The notes beneath the pieces were generated by a model. That model worked only from the letters and a program-made list of their open reading frames with translations. It did no database searches and was not told the origin of the DNA. Shown piece after piece: positions 38,031 to 52,369 of a stretch of 64,000 nucleotides of DNA. Positions within the stretch are counted from its first letter, which is position 1; each line of letters starts with the position of its first letter. The translations under genes and the position numbers were made by a program. Source of the stretch: the human T2T-CHM13v2.0 reference genome, Homo sapiens; NCBI RefSeq assembly GCF_009914755.1, contig NC_060933.1. One strand, given 5' to 3'.

Positions 38031-40059
38031 CGTGCAGCAGAGCCCCTCCCTCTGATGGTGCCTTGGTGACCACAGCTCCGGGGGTGCTTGGTGCCCTGGC
38101 AGAGCAGCCTCATTGTTGAGATTTTCCTTTATGATCGGACCAAGAGGTTGCAGCTCTCCTATGAAACTGTGGCCTTGAAGACCCTTGGGAATAGCTTTTT
38201 TTCTTCCAAATGATTTCCTGGAAAAAAAACAGTTGAGCAGAAGGACATAGACCTTTGAGCAGGGGAATGTGGTGGTGGGGCCAGCTCCACCCCAGGTAGG
38301 TGCGAGCACCTGGCGGCCTCCCTAGGGTACAGAGTCCATGGCGATCTCCTGGGGCTGTACGCCACAGGACAGGCCTGTGGCACCTCAAGGCACACTGGCG
38401 CAAGGCCGGGACATTCTGGTCTCTGTGCCTGCTCCCCATCTCCACCCACCACGTGTGTGGCAGGACAGCTGTGGGCTGGGGCTGCTTGCTCTCCATTGGG
38501 GTGACACATGGAACACCTCAGCCCTTGTGTGCCTTTGAGACGCGACAGGTCTTGCAGCCTGAGGTGGACCTCAGTCCCCTCTCCCTCACGTCCAAGACCC
38601 TGGCTGAGGCCTCAGGAACCTTAATTTGGAACATCTGGGATTCTTCTGGTCTTGGTTTGTTCTTACCACTTCAGAGGGGGTTCTGTAGGGTTTTGGGGTG
38701 CAGTTGAGGAGAAACAGCTTAAAGTAGAAGGGGCAGCTCCCAGGGCTGTGCTTGGGTGGAAGGAACAAGGCTGCAATGTGGTGGAAGGGGACTAGGACCT
38801 CTGAGCCAGGCCTGCTGGTGGCACTGGCTGTGTGGCCTCTCTGGGTGCCTCAAGGCAGGGTGGAGTGCGTGCTGAAAGTCACCATTGCTGATGGTCGAAG
38901 CCCGCCCTTCCCCCAGGATCCCAGGGGAGATTCTCCATGTCATCCTCCAGGAAGCGAGTGGGGCTGGTCTATCATGGTGCCTGTGCCCCCACTCTGACTG
39001 GGGGATTGGTGGGACACCCCCAGAGCATGGCCAGGGAGGAGCCCCACGCCTGTGGGCACCAAGATCATGACCTCTCTGTGGCCTGGGAGAGATGGAAGAT
39101 GCATTTCCATGCTGTGGTGGGGAGTTGGGGGTTCCCCTCTTTGGGGCCCCACTGTGAGGATGGTGGGGTTGGGCAGCAGTCCCACAGCCTGACCCTGCCC
39201 ACTTGGGTGAGCAGGGCCCATGGCTGGTGTGGCTGATCTGCCGACGGCCTCATGCACTGTCCCCACGTGAGTGACTTCCCTGCCTCTCTGCAGTAAGCGT
39301 TCCCACCCCAGGGATGTGGGCTGTGGTGCTCCTGAGATTTGGGGAGGACAGTGGGGTGTCGAGGGAGGTGGGGCTATTCGTGCTGATGGAGGGGTGAGGG
39401 ATGGGCAGGGTGGGCAGGGATGGGGGACTGGGGCGTTGCTCACTGTTGGGCCCTTGCTGGATGACTAGGAGCGCTGGCCACAGTGTGAGCCTGGGGCAGA
39501 CCACTGGCTGCCAGGCTGTGGAGTTGGGTCAGGGCGGCTGTCAGGGGAGCGAGTGGGACCACACTGTCTGCAGCTGCCTCTGGGCCCATTGAACCCAGGT
39601 GCTGGGGAACTCGCCTTCCTGTGCGCGTGGGTGCTGGGGCACTCAAGCCTGCCGCACATCAGCCTCGTGACCTTTGCTCTCACTCAGATCTGTCCACCTC
39701 CTGAGCCTGCTGAGATCATACCAGGCCCTTTCCTTGTGAGCCCGCAGGCTCCACTCTGCATCCCTGAGCAGGTGAGGGCTCTTTGCCCTTCTAGGCCTCT
39801 GAGTAGAGGGAAAGATGGGCAGGCCTGCTGCCTGAGGGCTGGTTTCTCCCGCTTCAGGGTCCAGGGCACCATCATGGTCATTTGTTCTCCAGATGCTCAT
39901 TGTCTCTTTTATGTCCCAGGCTGTGTGAGGCCAGCACAGACATAGACCGGCCCTCCTTTGGGTCTCAAGGGTGTGTCCAGGGCCGCTATGGGAGCCCCAG
40001 GGACTTCAGTGGCTTCCAGGAGAACACGTCCCAGAGGATGTCTACCCTCATGCGCTCAT

Positions 40060-41510
40060 ATCATTCACTCATTCACTCCCTCCCTTCTTCACTGACTCAT
40101 TCATTCACTCACTCACATTCACTCATTCACTCACTATACATTCACTCACACATTCCCTCACTCATACATTCACTCATTCACACACTCACACATTTACTCA
40201 TTCACTCACTCATCCACTCACTCACTCATCCCCTCACTTACTCATCCACTCACTTATTCACTCACAGATTCCCTCACTCATACATCCACTCATTCACACA
40301 CTCACACATTTACTCATTCAATCACTCATCCACTCACTCACTCACTCATCCACTCACTCACTCATCCACTCACTTATTCACTCACACATTCCCTCACTCA
40401 TACATTCACTCATTCACACACTCGCACATTTACTCATTCACTCGCTCATCCACTCACTCACTCACTCACTCATCCACTCACTTATTCACTTACACATTCA
40501 CTCACTCATTTACTCACTCATCCACTTACTCATTCACTCACTCATTCATCCACTCATCCACTCACTCACTCATCCACTTATTCACTCAGTCACTCATTCA
40601 CCCACTCCTCCACTCACTCACTCATCCACTCACTCATACACTCAGTCACTCATTCACTCACTCATCCACTCACTCATACACTCAGTCACTCATTCACTCA
40701 CTCATCCACTCAGTCACTCTTTGGTCTACTCATTCACTCATCTACTCACTCATCACTCACTCACACATTCACTCACTCATATACTCACTCATCCACTTAC
40801 CCACCACTCATTCACTCACCCACCCACTCATCCACTCACCCACCCACTCATTCACTCCCATCCACTCACTCACTCATCCACTCATTCATTCACTCATCCA
40901 CTCACTCATACATTCACTCACTCACTCATCCATTCACTCACTCACTCATCCACTCACACATTCACTCACTCATTTACTCACTCATCCACTCACTCACCCA
41001 CTCATTCACTCACCCACCCACTCATCCACTCACCCACCCACTCATTCACTCACTCATTCACTCCTATTCACTCACTCACTCATCTACTCATTCACCATTC
41101 ATCTACTCATTCACTTACTCATCCAGTCACTCATACATTCACTCACTCACTCGTCCACTTACTCATTCACTCTCATCCACTCAGTCACTTTTTGGTCCAC
41201 TTATTCACTCACTCATCTACTCCTCGCTCACTCACACATTCCCTCACTCATACATTCACTCATTCACACACTCACACATTTACTCATTCACTCCCATCCA
41301 CTCACTCACTCATCTACTCATTCACTCACTCATCCACTCACTCATACATTCACTCACTCACTCATCCACTCATCTGCCCCATTCACGCACTCATTCACAC
41401 ACTCACACATTCACTCACTCATTTACTCATTCACTCTTTTGCTCACCATTCAGTTATTCATCTACTCATTCATCATCGGTTCCCTCACTCATCATTCCTC
41501 ATTCATTAGT
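40060..41510. repeat. Degenerate (CACT/CATT/CATC)n tetranucleotide array with higher-order units
   Basis: About 1.45 kb of CAYT-type units, nearly G-free on the + strand. Confidence 0.96.
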
Positions 41511-41959
41511 TGTTTATTCACTGGCTTATTAATTCATTCACCTAATTTTAACTCTTCAATTGTGGGAGGTGCCCCCAGACCCTGCAGGAAATTACAAAAT
41601 GGAGAGATTTCATTCCCTTTCTTCCCAGGCTACTCTAGGTTTCAGCAAAGCCAGCAGCCAGATGTTGGGATAAGGATAGGTTAGTCATGCATAGAGTGGA
41701 TTCTGTTGCCGGGCTTGGTGTGGCTTGACTGCCTGATGGAGTCACAGTGTGTGGCCCCCCAGCAGGACAGCATCCCAGAGAGGCTGGCCCCAGCCCCATC
41801 TGTCTGGCTGACAGATGACTACTCACCCTGCCTGCTCAGAGGCTCTTATCTTGAGCCTTCCAGGATAAACCCTGGCTATGTTGTTTCTGCCAGGCCCTCC
41901 TCTCCCTCCCTATGGCCCCCAGAGTGGCCTGTGGTCGGGGCACATGATGGGGAGGCAGC

Positions 41960-42170
41960 CACAGTCAGGCTGCCGAGGTTCAAGGTCCGGCCGGCCCCTT
42001 GCTAAGCTGCTGAGCCTGTCTGTGTCTCCACTTCCCTCTCTGTAAAATGGGAGCAGCATCGACATGCAGGGCTCATAGGACTGAGCCCTCAGGGTAGAAG
42101 TCCTGTCTCAAGGTCACCTTCATGGGCCCAGTGTGTGGCTGCCCAGTAGGTCATAACCAATGGCAGATGT
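41960..42170 (+). mobile_element. MIR SINE fragment
   Basis: gaggttcaaggtcc..tctgtaaaatgggag..ctcatagg. Confidence 0.5.
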
Positions 42171-42896
42171 TTGTTTAAAAGAGAGAGGAAGGTGTGGAGG
42201 AAGGGGTGTTTCTTCATCTCTGGGTGTGAGTGAGAAAAAGACTCTTCAAACTTGGGCTCTCCAGGGTGTGTGTTGGGATGCTTGGACTCAGAATTTTGGA
42301 CTCCGCCTTGGGGCTGTTCCCACCTTTTGAATGTGAAACGTCATAGGTGGAGGTGGAGAAGTCCCCGTGGGCACCAGACCTGAGCTTTTCTAGTCTCAGT
42401 CAAGGAGGAGAGATGGCTTTTCCCTCATTTGTGTATCAGCCTACTTCCAGGGGAGGGGGCACCGATTGAGCCCTGAGCTCTGTGTTGTACTTGGGATCCT
42501 CTTCTGATCTTGGGAAGGGATATAAGAGCCGTCTTCCCAGAGTAGATTGGAGCAACAAGGATGGTTGTGCTTCTGCAATGGGCACATCCTGGGAACCCCG
42601 GGCTCTGAAGCTGGACAGTTGAGGAGGGCAGGGTAGCAGGTGACAAGAGGGCAGGGGTGGTGGGCTCTGAGTTGTGCTCATTCCACCTGTCATTTTATTT
42701 CACTTTACTTCATTCATATTTTTTGGTCATTATTTTATCACATACTAATGTATCCATGTAATGGTAATTTTAACAACCAATGTGTATTCTCAGATGTGGC
42801 TGCCCTGTAACTAGATGAGCTATTCATGAATCTTTGGGCAATTTTGAGTTTGCACTTACAAATTCGTTATAGATTCATTTATAAATTTTTAGTCTT

Positions 42897-43261
<365 letters not shown>

Positions 43262-43609
43262 CTAGCACTTTACCACATCGTGGGCAGTATAAGCATCTTA
43301 AGACATTTGAACTCCATTTACCCACTCTTCTTACCCACCCCTGCTTTTTGTGTACTGTTATATAATTTAGCCCTCCCTGTCTTTTATATCCCATATGACA
43401 TTATTAAATTGTTCTTTTGTACAGTTAATACTAGCAGAGAGTGACAATGACTGATGCATTTATCCTTTCCATTGCTTTCTGTTCTTTCTTGCGTTTCCAA
43501 ACGTCTCACAGCACTTTCCCTTTACCTGAAGTTTTCCCCTTTGTATTCCATTTAGTACCCATTTGCTGCCACTGCTGTCTCTGTCTAAAGAGTCCCTATT
43601 CTTATTTAA

Positions 43610-44110
<501 letters not shown>

Positions 44111-44263
44111 TGAGTTTAAGATATTCTCTTTGTGTTTGATTTTTAGGAGTTTTATACTGTAATATGCCCAGGTGTGGCTTTCTTTGTATCTAATCTGCTT
44201 GGGGCTTTTAGCACTTCTTGAATCTATGGGTGTCTTGCTTCAATTTTAGAAAATGTGGTGGCA

Positions 44264-44797
44264 TTATTATTATTATTATTATTTTAGAGATGAGGCCTTG
44301 CTCTGTCACCCAGGCTGGAGTGCAGTGGTATAATCATAGCTCACTACAGCCTAGGACCCCTGGGGTCCTGTGATCTTCTGATCTCAGCCTCCTGAGTAGC
44401 TGGAACTGCAGGCATGTGCCACTATGCCTGGCTGTTTTAATTTTTTTGTAGAGATGGGGTCTCACTATGTTGCCCAAGCTGGTCACAAACTGGGGTATTA
44501 TTTTTATTTATTATTATTATTTTTTGAGATGGAGTCTTGCTCTGTTGCCCAGGCTGGAGTGCAGTGGCGCGATCTCGGCTCACTGCAAACTCTGCCTCCT
44601 GGGTTCAAGCAATTCTCCCTGACTGTAGCTAAGATTACAGGTGCTAGCCACCATGCCCAGCTGATTTTTGCATATTTAGTAGAGACAGTTTCGTCGTGTT
44701 GGCCAGGCTGGTCTCGAACTCCTGACCTCAGGTGATCCACCCACCTCGGCCTCCCATAGTGCTGGGATTACAGGCGCATGAGCCACTGCACCTGGCC
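44264..44797 (-). mobile_element. Partial AluJ-like element (44264-44492) and AluS-like element (44497-44797)
   Basis: Two antisense Alus, each with a (TTA)n tail. Confidence 0.88.
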
Positions 44798-45749
44798 TTA
44801 TTTTTAAAATAATGTTTTGATTTCATTATTTATACCCTCTTTTCCAGAACCCCATTTACACATAGGTTGGACCTTCCCCTTTGTCTTCTATAAGTTTTAA
44901 ATTTTCTTTTTCATATGCATTTGTCCATGTTTCAGTTCGTTTATTTTCTGCTGCCTTCCAGTTTGCTAATCCTCTTCTCACCTATGTCTAATCTGCTGTT
45001 GAACTCAATAGATGGGTTTAATTTTACTTTTTAGTTCTAGATTTCTATTTGTTTCTGACTTCATAGATTTTAGTTCTGGTGAAATTATTTGTCCTGCTAT
45101 TTTTTGGACCATACTAATTTTACACTAATTTTAATTTCACACAGATTTTAAAGTCTGTGTCTGATAACTGCAATATTTGGATCCCCTGGGAATTTGTTGT
45201 TATCGTCTCATTTTTCTTCTTTTATTTTTATTTTTCATCATTTTGGTCTTGTCTCCTGATCTTCTTGGTCATTTTTTATTGATGTGTTTAGAAATTATGG
45301 ACATATTTGAGGCTCTGGGTGATTTTGTCTTTCACTAGAGATTTACTTTTTACCGCCTCTAGTAGGCAACAGAATAAGAGCAAATCATATTAACCCCGTC
45401 TGGAATTGAACTGATTCAAAGCTGTGTTTCAGCCCCTGTGAGGGCTGGTTGGTCTGTTCTGTTTTATCCAGACTTCTAGTATACAGCCCTTCTGGAAGGG
45501 CTAATCTGAAAGCCTGCACGTCTACCAAGGCCTCTCTTCCTTGCCAGACTCTGGGCTCTGATTGCCATCTTCCCAGCCCTGTTAGACTGCTGAAGTTCTG
45601 CCTTGCTTCTCTGCTTTTAGTCTACTGCTTAGTGGTAATGCTCCAAGGCATTCCTGTCCTATAGAAATGTAATGTGAGCCACAAATGTGAGCCATATGTG
45701 CAATTTTCAGCTTAGCAGTCACTTTAAAAGTATAAAAGGAACAAGTGGA

Positions 45750-46250
<501 letters not shown>

Positions 46251-46337
46251 ACCAGGTGGAATTAATTTTAACAGATGGAATTTAGTATATCTAAAATATT
46301 ATGTTTTTGATGTGAATCAATATAAAATTATCAATAA

Positions 46338-46644
<307 letters not shown>

Positions 46645-49600
46645 AAAAAATCTTTTAAGAAGATACTACGCCGCTGCCACGTACTGTGCACTTACAGAAC
46701 ATCTCAACCTGTACTGGCCTGATTTCAAGTGCTCATTAGCCACATGTGTAGCTACTGTTTTGGGCCGCACAACTTTAGTGGGAGAAGCAGTGCTGAGTGT
46801 GGGGTTTCCTTTTCTCCAGAAGAGTCAGAATGGTGGCATGAGGATGAATGGTGCTGAGGTTTATTTCAGGTATATGTGTGCTGTGTACCTGCCGTCTCGG
46901 TTGTGGTCCCCAAGGCTCTTGCCGCCAGTTCTGGGAGGTACTGAGGAGTCAGTTAATGGGATTGGGGTGCAGATGTGGGCAGGGGGGCCTAACCTCACCC
47001 CCATGCTGCTTTACCCTTCCATGGTCCTCCTGTGGCCCTGATCTCATGCTGCTGGGGCCATCTGTTGGTGCCCCCACTCCCCTGCCAAGCAGCCTGGTGC
47101 CATTCCTGGCTTAGAGGGACACCACAGATGTTTGTGCCTGGGCACATGTTTATTCAGTGGACATCTTGACCTGAGGCCAACACCGGCCTTGAATCCTAGT
47201 AGCCTGGCCTTCAAGGTCATCTTAGCTCTTGGTGATAGCTTGGGCCACCTAGGGCCTCTGGGGAGGAAAGGAAGTGAGGCCTAGGTGACTTCATTCTGGG
47301 CGTAGGCGTAGAAGACCAAGCCAGAACCAGGGCCTTGTACAGTAGCAGGCACCAGAATGCCCAGCCCTTCCTCATTGCCCAGAGCTACAGGTCTGGGTAT
47401 TTCCCTACGTTGGGGGGGTGGGGTGGGGGGAAGGGCCTGCCTTCGAGGGGCCACAATATTCCACAGACTGTTAGACCCTCACCCACTGCCACCTTGGGGT
47501 GCCCTGAGCCTTTGAACCCTGTGTGGGGGCAGGGCAGCCGCAGGAAGACCCCAGTAGCTTGGCCTCTACAGCTGTCTCCTCAGAATTCTGTGGAACTCCA
47601 CAGGATTCCACAGGCCTTGCCCTGGGGTGCCCCGCCTGCCCCACCCCACAGGAGCTGTTCTTGATGGTGGAGCTGCTAACCCTGCTGACCTGTGTCCCTG
47701 GTGCTATCCAAATCTATCTTTAGGTGTCCCTGCGGGAAGTGGCCATGGGGTGGGGCTGGCCCTTTCTAGAAACCAGATACATGATGTGGTCAGATGCAGG
47801 GGTGGCCGCCTGGCCTGTGCCCGCCGGGCTCCCAGTTACCTTGGGTGAGTGCCGATGTGTTCTCCTGGGGAGGAGCCAGGCCTGCAATCAGGAAAGTTTT
47901 TGTGGTGGGATGGCCCCATGGGGATTTCTCTTCCTCACTTGTGTGCCCACTGGGAGGGCCCCATTTTCATTTCATCCTGGGGTGGTCGAACCACTGCTCT
48001 GGTCCAGGGCCGAGGGTTCGAGCAGACATTTCCCCGTCAGGAAGTAACATCAGTGTTCCCTTGAGAACAGGAAAGGCCTCCTCCTTTGGGGCTGGCCCTG
48101 CAGTGTCTGCTGCCTGCACAGCTGCCTGTCCATGTTGGGGGTGTGTGTCTGGGTTGTCTGGCTGTCAGGGCCAGGGCTGCCCCGGCTTCCTGGGGTTTGG
48201 TTGTCCTGAGTTGGCTGCACCCCTCTGCCCCAGGGACCCCTTGCCTGGCTCTCCCTCTTCCCCCTGCCTCCGAAGGAGAACAGACGGGCGTGGGGAGCCT
48301 GGATGTGACAGGTTGGCTCTCAGGACTCATGCAGGGCCAGGGCAGCCTGCTGACCTCTGGCCTTGGAGAGGAGGGTGGCCACCCAGTGACATGGCACCAG
48401 GACTTGTGGCTGAGACCGGGGCCAGGCCTGTGTCCCTCTGCCCCTCAGCTGCCCGTGTTAAGCCCACCTGTAGACAGGAGAGGAGGGCACCTGGATGTCC
48501 CTGGAGGGGAGGGGCATGGGTTCAAGCTCTCTTCCTCCCTCCAGCCTGATGGCAGGTGCCTTGGCACGAGGTGGCCCTCTGACAAGGTAGCTTTCTGAGC
48601 TGTTTCCCCTAAATGTGAATGGTCTGTATCTACCAACACCCCCAGTCCCATTGGTCAACATGCTGTGGGCGGGGCTGGCCACTGTCCTGGAGGGCCTGTG
48701 GCAGCCCTGGGTGATGCCCGGCTTGAGTCCCTCCTGCTCCTCTCTTTCAAAAAGTGCACACAAGGACAAATGCTCATCAGTTCTTCTGACCACAGTAGGG
48801 ATACCTGCATCCAAAAGTGTGGATATGGATCCTAGGGAGGAAGCCCTTTCCCTTTCCCCTCAGAGACCCCTAGTGTTAAGGATTAAGTGTGGATTGTTTC
48901 CAAGTTTGTCATTGGCTTTTAGCTGGTGGTCTTCATTTAAGGATGCTGGTCCTTGGGGAGACCCCTGTCCACAGAGGGCTGGGCAGGCGCCTACTCAGGG
49001 TAGTGTGGGCCGAGGCTTAGCCCATCTGGGACACGCAGTGCTGAGAGTGGGGTCGCTCAGGTGGAAGAGGCTATGTGGGGGCTCCTTTGCTTTTATGGAG
49101 CTCTAGGTCAGCCCTGCAAGCTTTAAAACATTTATTTGGAAATAAAACACCCGTATGCCATGTGCCCAGCTCCACCTGTTGCCACCAGCTTGCCCACCTG
49201 CTTCCTCGCTTGGGCTCTGTCATTTCTGATCCAGGTGAGTGCAGGTGCAGATGGTGGCACTGGCCTTGGTGCCCTGCCCTGGAAGCCTGGAGAGTGCAGG
49301 CGCATCCAGGCCCCACCCTGCTTAGCGCCGGGCTCCTCCTGGCTGGGACATCACCTGGTGTTGGAGGCCTGGGGACCAAAGGGGATCCTCTCTTCCTCCA
49401 GGACAGGGTTCCCTGGCTGCAGGGTTGTTGGGGAGGGAGTCTTGGTTGTTTAAAGTGGTTCCCCCAGGGTGTGAATGAGCATAGGTCCTGTCTGCTTGAT
49501 CTGCAGTGGGCCAGGCCTCCTCTGGAGGCAGGTGTACCACCCAGAGCCCACGAGGGTGTACACAGGGTGCATATTACTTGCTGAGGGCTGGACACTGTGG

Positions 49601-51566
49601 GGGATGGGTGCTGCTATCTGCCCACTACACAGATGGGGAGCTGAGCTCAGAGGCAGGGTTAGTGTCTGAGCCTAGGTTCCACCCCGTCTCTCTGATTGGA
49701 ATAGCTTTTCCTGTTCTGTCCATGCTGCCCAACACCAGTGCAGGACGGGACATGGTAGGAAGGGGCCGAGGGTGAGGTTGGCTGTGCCAGCTGCGGTTCT
49801 GGGCAACTCTACCTGTCAGCACAGCCGTGCACTAACCCTGAGGAGACCTCCGACCTTTCCTGTTTTGTGAAGGGGGATGGGGCCCAGTGAGGTAGAGTTG
49901 ATGACCCTGCAGCCCAGCCAGGAGCTGATGGGCAGAGAGACTAACTGGATGGCGTGTCACTGCTGTTGTTGGGCAGAGGGTTGGGTCTCCCTGAGGCCCT
50001 AGCTGGGGAGACCTCCATGGGGTGGCCTGAGGAGGGGGCTGGGGGCTGTCCAGCCCTGGTGAGGTTCCTGTTGGAAGGAAGGACCACATCTGGTCTGTGG
50101 ACTGTGAGGCTTCAGGTCCCGGGAGAGGCTTTGTGGGTGTGGTGGGCCCGGGGAGTGGGCACCTTGGGAAGGCTCCTGCCTGCCCGTGCTGCCCCAGCAT
50201 CAGACCCCAGGTGGTCCACAGTCCTGTCAGCTGCACCCTGTCATGGTTCATTGCCTCAGGGGTGCCTGACCCAGCCTGGGTCCCCCTTTGGTCCTCTTCT
50301 TTATCTTGGCCTTCATGGCTCCATTCTGTGGTCCTGCCCTCCTCCTGGGCTGCCCACCCATCCCTGCCACGTGGTGACAGCTCCACTAGCATCCCATGGT
50401 GGCCCTGTCTTTGCCCACGATGGAGGGTATTGGGTGGGCCTGGGGTGGGGAGGGCTCCTGCAGCCTGCCCTGTGACCGGAGCCCTGCGGTGGGGAGGGCG
50501 GGGCCCAGCACAGAGGGCCAGTCCCAAAACTGACCTGCCGTGCTCATGCTGGGCATGGGGGCTTCCTAACAGGCAGGTGGGTGGGGACCCCCGACCTTCC
50601 CTGGACCTCCCCTTGCTGCTGGCTCTTATGCTGGGTGCTGGCATGGGAAGCCAGTATGGACCGGGCACCACCCCCATTGCATGTGTTCAGTAGAACCTAG
50701 AGGAGTCCCTGGCACGGCTGCCAGCTTGTCCCGGGGAAGGACAGCTGAAGTTTTGTACGTGCTCAAGGGAGCATGGAGAGTTCGTGACAAGGCCATGACA
50801 GACTCTCTCCACCCGTCTACTGGCTGACAGGATCAGGCTTTCTCAAAGTTCAACATCCGCACACCAGAAGGTGGACAGAACGATGCTGGGCCTGCCTCCT
50901 TCTACATATGATTTACAGTCACCCATGGACACCCCAAGTAATTGGCACAAGAGCTCCATCTGGCTCAGTAACGGAGGCACTTTCAACAAAATTAGTTATC
51001 CCTTTGCTTTGGTCAACTATGCACTGCTAATTTATGATAGTGATTCAGTTCTGAAGAAAATCCTTTGGTCCTTAGAGTCTTACGTTCGCAAGAAACTAAG
51101 GAAAGCTAGATTCCGATAGGAATGATGTGATGGCAGGGAAGTGTGGCAGGGCAGTCAGTGAGAGGCTTTCGGGAAGAGCCGCGTCGTGTCCATCACCTCC
51201 GTGGGAATGGAGGTTGCGTCCTGGTTGGAGCTGGAGACGTGTTTATTCCCGTGTTTAGAAACAGCTGGTGGAGGGCATCAGATTGCCGACATTTGGGTTC
51301 CACGGGAAACATTTCAAAGAACATTTTTAAAAAGTCAGTATTTATAAAATGCTGGAAATGGCATCTTTTACAACTGTTTGACCCTATGATGACACATTTT
51401 ACATCCCAACTTACCCCTGGGACAGGCAGGCACCTACTTCCTTCTGTGTGTGGGTGACAGGGTGAGTACCGGTGTGTATGTGCGGGCGGCAGGGTCCCAG
51501 GTGGCCTTTAAGAGAGTAAAGCTCACTTGGCACCTTCCCCTGCTCCCTCTGCCCCTTCCCACCCCC

Positions 51567-51722
51567 TTTTTTTGAGGCAGGGTCTTGCTCTGTGGCCCAG
51601 GCTGGAGTGCAGTGGCAGGATCTTGGCTCAGCTGCAACCTCTGCTTCCAGGCTCAGGTGATTCTCCCATCTCAGCCTCCCAAGTAACTGAGACACCAGGC
51701 GTGTGCCACCACACCCAGCTAA
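51567..51722 (-). mobile_element. Alu right monomer / truncated Alu
   Basis: ttttgaggcagggtcttgctctgtggcccaggctggagtgcagtgg..cacacccagctaa. Confidence 0.85.
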
Positions 51723-52077
51723 TAATTCCTCCCTCCCTTTTTAAATAAAATAGTATGATTTACAAAAGCAACCAGGGGCCAGATATTCAAGTTCAGGTTT
51801 TTGCCTCAGAGAATTGTAAACTTCTTGGAGCCCTTGACAAAGAAGACTGAATGTGGGAAGAGTCTAGTGCCGCCGACTCACCCCCAACTGAGCACCTCCT
51901 TCCCTGGCTGCACTCATCCAGATGGAGGGCAGCATCTGGGACAGGTCACCGGCGTCAGGGTCCCTTTTCTGCAAAGAAGTCTAGGGGCACATCAGCCTCC
52001 GTCTGTGACTCCTCACACTCCTTGGCCACTTTTATTTGGTGGTGTCGGGAAAAATGTTCATCTTTATAATGATGTCC

Positions 52078-52369
<292 letters not shown>

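Noticed and set aside
36753-38309. Cys/Val-rich (+) and His/Thr-rich (-) ORFs of 300-440 aa
   Set aside because: Translations of the TG-rich repeat, not metallothionein- or keratin-associated-like genes.
40060-41510. CRISPR-like repeat-spacer interpretation of the periodic array
   Set aside because: Eukaryotic context, no unique spacers, no cas genes; it is a degenerate tandem repeat.
39882-41684. 600-aa and 512-aa His/Ser/Leu/Thr-rich ORFs
   Set aside because: They are a by-product of the CAYT array, which lacks G and TAA and so cannot form stops in these frames. No domain and no flanking exon structure. Repeat-derived translation cannot be excluded but nothing supports it.
50700-51420. 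AT-richer non-repetitive block with an 82-aa ORF (50871-51119) and a possible YLG-like RT remnant on the minus strand
   Set aside because: No convincing protein similarity or splice signals by eye; could be an ancient repeat but needs a Dfam search.
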